64,000 nt of DNA from Treponema sp. (GTDB lineage: Bacteria; Spirochaetota; Spirochaetia; Treponematales; Treponemataceae). The notes below the pieces were generated by a model. It did not search any database, had not been told where the DNA came from, and saw nothing but the letters and a program-made list of their open reading frames with translations. Shown here piece by piece: positions 58,082 through 64,000 of this stretch. Position 1 is the first letter of the stretch. Every line of letters begins with the position of its first letter. The stretch lies in the NCBI GenBank assembly GCA_017962965.1, contig JAGCUI010000057.1:451-64450 (forward strand), given 5' to 3'. The position numbers were made by a program, and so were the translations under genes.

Positions 58082-60207
58082 GCCTTCTTTTTAAGCTTAT
58101 TGAGCCTGAGTGAATTTGAAACTACACAGAAGCTTGAAAGACTCATTGCCAAAGAACAAATCATTGGATTTAAGTTTAATCCGAGTGTGAGCGAAAAAGC
58201 ACCGGCAGCAAGAGGAATACCGATTATATTATAAATAAATGCCCAGAAAAGATTTTGCATGATGTTTTTCTTAACAGCCCGGCTTAATTTGATTGCAAAC
58301 ACAACATCCATAATCGAATTTTTTACAAGAACAATCTGCGCGCTGTCTATTGCAACATCAGAGCCAGCTCCTATTGCAACCCCTGTATCACTTTCGGTTA
58401 AAGCCGGAGCATCGTTTATTCCGTCTCCAACCATCATAACAAAGCCTTGGTTTTTAAGCTCCTTTACAACCTGCGCCTTATCCTGAGGCCTTACCCTTGA
58501 ATATATTTTTTCTATTCCCAAAGCTTTGCCAACTTCCTTTGCCGTAGCGTCGCTGTCTCCTGTGAGCATAGCAACCTTAATTCCAAGAGATTTTAATGTA
58601 TTTACAGCTTCAAGGGAATCTTCTTTTATTTCGTCTTTAAATAAAATTGAACCCAAAAGCTTTCCGTCTTTTTTTAAACCGATTTTTGCAGAATCTTCGA
58701 GTCTTCCGCATTCATACTTCTGGCCATTTAAAAAGCCCTGAACACCAATTCCGGGAAGCTCAAGAAAGTTCTGCACCTGGCTAAGTTTTAAATTTAATCT
58801 TGCAGCTTCATCAAGCAAGGCCTTTGCAAGCGGATGGCGGCTTCCTTTTTCTATACTAGCTGCAATCTGAATTACTTCTTCTTTTGAAAGATCACCTTCA
58901 GGATAAACTCCTTCTACCTTAGGCTGTCCCTTTGTTAAAGTTCCTGTTTTATCTAAAACAACAATCTGAGTTTTTCCGGCCTGCTCAAGAACCTGAGAGT
59001 TTTTAAAAAGAACGCCTCTTACTGCCCCTACTCCGTTTCCAACCATTATAGCTACAGGAGTTGCAAGTCCAAGGGCACAAGGACAGCTTATTACTAAAAC
59101 AGAAATTCCTTTAAGAATAGAAAACTCTAAATCACCGTAAAAAATCTTCCAGAGAGCAAAGGTTAAAACTGCAATTAAAATTACTGCCGGAACAAAAACT
59201 GAACTTACCTTATCTGCAATTTTTTGAACTGGAGCCTTAGAAGCAGCTGAATCTGTAACGAGGTTTATAATCTGAGAAAAAGTTGTATCTTCTCCAACCT
59301 TTACAGCCTTACATTTTATAAAGCCGTTTATATTCGAAGTTGCACTTATAAGAGAGTCGCCTTCTTTTTTATCAACAGGAATACTTTCTCCTGTGATGGC
59401 GGCTTCGTTTACAGAGGTTGCTCCTTCAATTATTACAGCATCGGCAGGGATATTTTCTCCGGGTCTTACAATAAAAAGATCATCCTTTTTTAATTCTTCT
59501 ACAGGGATTGTGATTTCCTTTCCGTCTTTTAAAACAGTTGCAGTCTTTGGGCTTAATTCCAAAAGAGAGTTGATTGCATTTGTAGTTTTTCCCTTTGCTC
59601 TTGCTTCAAGTGTTTTTCCGATTGAAATAAGGGTTACAATCATTGCAGCGCCTTCAAAATAAAGATGCTCATGAGGCATAAAAAACATTACATACACGCT
59701 GAATAAAAAAGAAGCAGAAGAGCCGAGTGCTACAAGAGTGTCCATATTAGGACTTAAATGAAATAAACTTTTAAAGCCCGAAATAAAAAAATGTCTGTTT
59801 ATGAACATTACGATTAAAGCAAGAACCGCTTGTACATAAGCCAAAAGTCCTTTCTCGCGCAAAAAAGCAGGGCCTTTAAGATTGAACATGGTGCCGAACA
59901 TCGCAAGATACATGAGCACCCCCAGAAAAACGCAGGAAGCAATCAGCCGTATTCTTGCCCTTTTTGCATTTTCCTCCGTCTCTTTTACGACCTGATTTTT
60001 TGCACCACCCTCTATCACGCTGGCTCCATAACCCGCCTTTTCCACCGCCTTAATAATTTCTGAATTAGAAGCAGTGCCTTCAACTGTCATGCTGTTTGTT
60101 AAAAGATTTACGCTACATGCAGAAACCCCTGAAAGTCCGCTTACAGATTTTTCAACTTTTGCAGAGCAGGCTGCACACCCCATACCGGTAACTGAGAATT
60201 TAGTCAT
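58078..60207 (-). CDS. copA: Cu(I)-type P1B ATPase
   Basis: HMA GMGCAAC, TGES, CPC, DKTGT, HP, GDGINDAP, YN and MSLSS transmembrane ligands. Confidence 0.9.
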   Translation of the reverse strand: MTKFSVTGMGCAACSAKVEKSVSGLSGVSACSVNLLTNSMTVEGTASNSEIIKAVEKAGYGASVIEGGAKNQVVKETEENAKRARIRLIASCVFLGVLMYLAMFGTMFNLKGPAFLREKGLLAYVQAVLALIVMFINRHFFISGFKSLFHLSPNMDTLVALGSSASFLFSVYVMFFMPHEHLYFEGAAMIVTLISIGKTLEARAKGKTTNAINSLLELSPKTATVLKDGKEITIPVEELKKDDLFIVRPGENIPADAVIIEGATSVNEAAITGESIPVDKKEGDSLISATSNINGFIKCKAVKVGEDTTFSQIINLVTDSAASKAPVQKIADKVSSVFVPAVILIAVLTFALWKIFYGDLEFSILKGISVLVISCPCALGLATPVAIMVGNGVGAVRGVLFKNSQVLEQAGKTQIVVLDKTGTLTKGQPKVEGVYPEGDLSKEEVIQIAASIEKGSRHPLAKALLDEAARLNLKLSQVQNFLELPGIGVQGFLNGQKYECGRLEDSAKIGLKKDGKLLGSILFKDEIKEDSLEAVNTLKSLGIKVAMLTGDSDATAKEVGKALGIEKIYSRVRPQDKAQVVKELKNQGFVMMVGDGINDAPALTESDTGVAIGAGSDVAIDSAQIVLVKNSIMDVVFAIKLSRAVKKNIMQNLFWAFIYNIIGIPLAAGAFSLTLGLNLNPMICSLAMSLSSFCVVSNSLRLNKLKKKA

Positions 60208-60235
60208 ATCAATACTTCCTGTTAGTTTATTCTAA

Positions 60236-61624
60236 CTAGATTATATCATCATTATCCTGAAAATTATAGAAGGAACAGTTACATCTTCCGCCTTTTTTTA
60301 CTTTATAAAGGGCTTTATCTGCCTGTGCTTCCATTTCTTTTAGGAATCCGCAAGAAGAGAACGAAACACCAACGCTTAAAGAAACAGATGGTAATCCGTC
60401 CGAAACATTCTGAAGTGTTTTATTAAGTGCATCGATTTTAGTCTGGATAACCTGTTCAGGTGAATTTCCAAACTTAGTCATGATAATTGCAAATTCATCG
60501 CCGCCGATTCTGGCAATATAATCTGTGTTTCTGAATTTATCCAGAAGAAGGAAGGCAATCTTTTTTAATACCTCGTCTCCAACAAGGTGGCCGTGAGTAT
60601 CATTGATTGCTTTAAAGAAGTCTATATCCAGAATTAAATAAGCAATAGGTTCAGCTGATTCACTCAAAATCTTTTTAATCTGTTCAAATGCATCGCGGTT
60701 AATAAGACCTGTAAGAGAATCGTGTTCTGCCTTGTGCTTTAAGATTGAAGTTTTAATTTCTGTTTTTTCGATAAGGCTGTTATAGGTCGAAGCAATGTAT
60801 CTTGTTTCGTAAGAGCCGCAGACATCCATCCTTTTTCCAAGCTCAACATTTTTAACCTGGCGCTGCAAAGGAGAAAGAACAAGGAAGATGATAAGATAGA
60901 ATACTAAGATTGTAAGAAGAAATAAAATAACAATACCAACAAAAGAAGCAAAGAAAAGATTTCTTAAATGAATATCACCGTTTCTTTCTTCCCTGAGATA
61001 TGAATAAACAAGTGAGTTTAATGAGTCTGCAGTAAAGCGGATGATTCTTTCTTTTGAATGAAGATAAAGTGAATCAAAAAGTGAATAGCGTGCTTTTTCG
61101 AGCATCTGATCCGAAGTTAAAGCTTTGTCCAAAGGATTGAGTGTGATGTTTCTTATAACCTCAGGAACCTCGTGATCGGGAAGCTTTAAGGCAGTTACAA
61201 TCAATTTAAAATCATAAAGCTCGATTTGTGCTAAGGCCTGTGATTCTTTATAAGCCATTTTCAATTTGATATCAGGTTCATCGCCAACATGAGAAAGCTC
61301 AACAATTTCAACTGCTTTTTCACGTCTGCAGTAAGAGGTGTATTCTTCTACATAGTTGTGCATAAAAACCTTATCGAGATTTACTGCAAAAAGACGTGCC
61401 TGGTTTGAAAGATAATCTGATGTATCACGAAATTCGTTGATTGCTTTATTGCATTCTGAATAATCGTGCATTGACGAAAACATTTTTGAATAATTTTTTC
61501 TGGTAAACAAGACTGTTATTAAAAGAGCAATACAAAGAAGACTTGAACAGATCATTGCGGTACAGTGGATTTTTTTGATTTTAATTCCACCGTTATTCTT
61601 TTTTGCTTTTTTGTTTTTTGTCAT
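60236..61624 (-). CDS. Membrane-bound diguanylate cyclase
   Basis: Two TMs around a periplasmic domain; DSLTGL, DIDFFK..ND, intact RxxD I-site (RNTD) and GGDEF. Confidence 0.92.
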   Translation of the reverse strand: MTKNKKAKKNNGGIKIKKIHCTAMICSSLLCIALLITVLFTRKNYSKMFSSMHDYSECNKAINEFRDTSDYLSNQARLFAVNLDKVFMHNYVEEYTSYCRREKAVEIVELSHVGDEPDIKLKMAYKESQALAQIELYDFKLIVTALKLPDHEVPEVIRNITLNPLDKALTSDQMLEKARYSLFDSLYLHSKERIIRFTADSLNSLVYSYLREERNGDIHLRNLFFASFVGIVILFLLTILVFYLIIFLVLSPLQRQVKNVELGKRMDVCGSYETRYIASTYNSLIEKTEIKTSILKHKAEHDSLTGLINRDAFEQIKKILSESAEPIAYLILDIDFFKAINDTHGHLVGDEVLKKIAFLLLDKFRNTDYIARIGGDEFAIIMTKFGNSPEQVIQTKIDALNKTLQNVSDGLPSVSLSVGVSFSSCGFLKEMEAQADKALYKVKKGGRCNCSFYNFQDNDDII

Positions 61625-61709
61625 TTCCCCACCCGTTTTTTAATATATTTATTTATAATTCAATCATATAGAGTATTTTTTATAACTTCAAGAATGCAAA
61701 TCCCCTATT

Positions 61710-62507
61710 TTAAAAAGTTTTCATTTTTGCAAGCTCAAAAAGGATTTTTTTTATTAATTCAAAAGACTCAGGCATTAATGATTCAAGATTATCATTCATC
61801 GTGTGAAAAAGGCTCCAGGTTTTTGGAACTTCTCCTTTTACGGCCATAGAAATTTCGTCCGAAGGAAGAAAGGTAACAGCCACTGCAGGAATGCCGTTTA
61901 CAATAAAGCCAGCGTTATCTGAATAATTACAAAAAAGGGAATACCATTTTCCACCGCTTGCCTTAGTAAGAATTTTTTGAAGTCTTGCTTCAAGGTTTGA
62001 ATATTTTGACATAAAAACCGGAGAGATATTTTTTGGAAAATGCGATTCACAGATTACAGGCACAGTCCCCCGCCCCGTACAGTCAAAAACAAAAACATCA
62101 TCGTTTGTAATTTTTAATCTTTTAAAAAGTGCCGCAAGCTCAAACGCTCCCTGCTCGTTCACCCCGTTCTGCCCAAGCTCTTCCCCGTCTGTAAAAATAA
62201 GCCTGATATTATGAGCCTTATTCATTTTAATCAATTGCGCCGCCCATTCCATAAGACAAAAAACGGCTGCAGAATTATCGTTGGCCCCAGGCGTCCTTTG
62301 AACTCTGTCGTAATGAGCAAGCACGGTTTTTATTTTGCAGGATGAATCATACTGCTCCTTTGGGAATTTTACATATATGTGATTTTTATTATTAATAGGA
62401 AATATAGCAGTATCAATTCCCCGCGCATTCAAATATGAAGTGATGAACCCCATACGGTCACAGTTGAGTGAAATAAAATCATTAAACAATGATGGAATCT
62501 GATACAT
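61710..62507 (-). CDS. M28 family metallopeptidase
   Basis: AHYD, GANDNSAAV, FTDGEE, SDN, HT..D. Start at ATG 62507, 6 nt after TGCTATAAT. Confidence 0.87.
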   Translation of the reverse strand: MYQIPSLFNDFISLNCDRMGFITSYLNARGIDTAIFPINNKNHIYVKFPKEQYDSSCKIKTVLAHYDRVQRTPGANDNSAAVFCLMEWAAQLIKMNKAHNIRLIFTDGEELGQNGVNEQGAFELAALFKRLKITNDDVFVFDCTGRGTVPVICESHFPKNISPVFMSKYSNLEARLQKILTKASGGKWYSLFCNYSDNAGFIVNGIPAVAVTFLPSDEISMAVKGEVPKTWSLFHTMNDNLESLMPESFELIKKILFELAKMKTF

Positions 62508-62537
62508 GTGGGTATTATAGCATAAATGAAAAAAAAA

Positions 62538-62753
62538 TTGGTACACGAATAGAGATAACAAAGAACCATTTTAAAACTCTCCACAAAGATTAAAAATCGC
62601 GCGAAGGCGCCTAACGGATTTCAAAAACGCTCTGGCGTGTGCCGCGAGAGCGGCAAGGTTTATAATTACCTGGCACGCCAGTGTGTAGCGCACGAGTGCG
62701 CGGTTTTGCAAATCCGCTAGGCAACTGGGAGCGATTTTTGCTCTTAGTACCAA
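62538..62753. repeat. Nested multi-hairpin element (structured ncRNA or MITE-like)
   Basis: GC-rich island in an AT-rich intergenic region with several nested inverted repeats; ends TTGGTAC...GTACCAA; shares its core with the 6403-6530 units. Confidence 0.75.
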
Positions 62754-62916
62754 CCTTTTAAAATTTTTTCTTTTAATAACCATTCTTTAAAAATTTGTAT
62801 ATTTATTTTCCGTGTAACAATTCTTTTTATATTTAATCCGCCTGTCCCATTGAATTTCATTCTACATTAATGATATTATACACAATAACATATATAGAAA
62901 AAACTGGAGTAAAAAT

Positions 62917-64000
62917 ATGGGTACACCATTGGAAAATTATCTCGCGGCTTGCGGTGGAAAACCTACAGCTGCAATGTGTTCTTATGTTGCAAACCTTCAG
63001 CAGGTTGCACAGGTAGGACCGGAAATCGCTGCATCAATCGTTAACGAAATTGAAAATCAGCGAAGTCACCTTAAACTCGTAGCTTCTGAAAACTATTGTT
63101 CCCTCAACGTACAGGCTGCTATGGGAAACCTTCTTACAGATAAATATGCAGAAGGATATCCAGAACACCGTTACTACGGCGGATGTGTAAATATCGATGC
63201 TGTAGAAAACGTTGCTGCACGCGAAGCAGAAAAGCTTTTTGGCGCAGAATACGCTTATGTTCAGCCACACTCTGGAGCAGATACAAACTTAGTTGCTTAC
63301 TGGGCAATCTTGAGTGCAAAAGTTGAAACTCCAACTTTGGAAGAACTCGGTGTTAATTCTTTGAACGACCTTACAGACGAACAGTTCGACATGCTCAGAA
63401 AACGCTTTGGAAATCAGAAACTCATGGGTCTTGATTATTCATGCGGTGGTCACCTTACTCACGGATATAGAATGAACGTATCTGCAAGAATGTTTGAATC
63501 TCATCCTTACGGTGTAGATAAAGAAACAGGTCTTTTGGATTACGACGCAATCGAAAAGCAGGCAATGGAAGTAAAACCTCTTATTCTTTTAACAGGTTTC
63601 TCTGCTTACCCAAGAAAAATCAACTTTAAACGCTTCCGCGAAATTGCAGATAAATGCGGAGCAGTTTTAATGGTAGATATGGCTCACTTTGCCGGTCTTG
63701 TTGCAGGTAAAGTTTTCACAGGCGACTTTGATCCTGTAAAATGGGCAGATATCGTAACAACAACAACTCATAAAACACTTCGTGGTCCTCGCGGAGCTTT
63801 AATTCTCTGTAAAAAAGAATTTGCAGACTACGTAAACAAGGGATGTCCTATGGTACTTGGTGGTCCTCTTGGTCACGTTATGGCTGCGAAGGCAATCGCC
63901 CTCAAAGAAGCATCTACTCCTGCTTATCAGAACTGGGCTGCACAGGTTGTAAAGAACGCTCAGGCTCTTGCAGAAGGATGTAAATCTCACGGTATCCCAC
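62917..64000 (+). CDS. glyA: Serine hydroxymethyltransferase (3' end runs off window)
   Basis: Not in ORF track. GGAG RBS then ATG 62917; LKLVASENY, KYAEGYP..RYYGGC, QPHSG, GGHLTHG, DMAHFAGL, TTTHKTLRGPRG. Confidence 0.97.
   Translation, partial: MGTPLENYLAACGGKPTAAMCSYVANLQQVAQVGPEIAASIVNEIENQRSHLKLVASENYCSLNVQAAMGNLLTDKYAEGYPEHRYYGGCVNIDAVENVAAREAEKLFGAEYAYVQPHSGADTNLVAYWAILSAKVETPTLEELGVNSLNDLTDEQFDMLRKRFGNQKLMGLDYSCGGHLTHGYRMNVSARMFESHPYGVDKETGLLDYDAIEKQAMEVKPLILLTGFSAYPRKINFKRFREIADKCGAVLMVDMAHFAGLVAGKVFTGDFDPVKWADIVTTTTHKTLRGPRGALILCKKEFADYVNKGCPMVLGGPLGHVMAAKAIALKEASTPAYQNWAAQVVKNAQALAEGCKSHGIP

Noticed and set aside
62571-62783. 70-aa ORF
   Set aside because: It coincides with the palindromic element and has atypical composition and no recognisable motif.
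62592-62850. ZTP (pfl), THF or glycine riboswitch upstream of glyA
   Set aside because: GGCG, GGGAGC and a later CCGCCTG superficially recall ZTP, but GACUG and the GCCGA..GGGC P3 stem are missing. The core instead matches the repeat after yebC. An Rfam scan would settle it.

Overview
This is a low-GC, gene-dense chromosomal segment, most likely from a Treponema-type spirochete. That call rests on the FlaA sheath paralogs, cheA-cheW(CheR-fused)-cheX-cheY, and the spirochete mraZ-rsmH-ftsL-murF-ftsW-ftsQ-ftsA-ftsZ-xerD-TPR-dprA-topA-xerC-hslVU-flgBC-fliEFGHIJ supercluster. Most of it is housekeeping: ruvA/ruvC/yebC, metE, fba, deoD, malQ, feoAB, copA, glyA. I saw no CRISPR array, prophage, transposase, tRNA or rRNA. 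The unexplained signal is almost all non-coding: at least three families of short structured repeats, two showing compensatory base changes, most sitting at stop codons. They are (1) a 3-unit tandem array after fba whose boundary repeat is the fba 3' end itself, (2) a 2-unit array after yebC, (3) a ~215-nt multibranched element before glyA that looks like the yebC unit with extra hairpins nested in its loop, and (4) GTCATTGCGAG...GCAATC palindromes. Other points: dprA is one base out of frame with its coupled ATG, a four-gene block separates ruvC from ruvA, many genes look leaderless, and an identical 16-mer precedes fliE and a diguanylate cyclase. Gene calls are from motif recognition and gene order only; no database searches were run.
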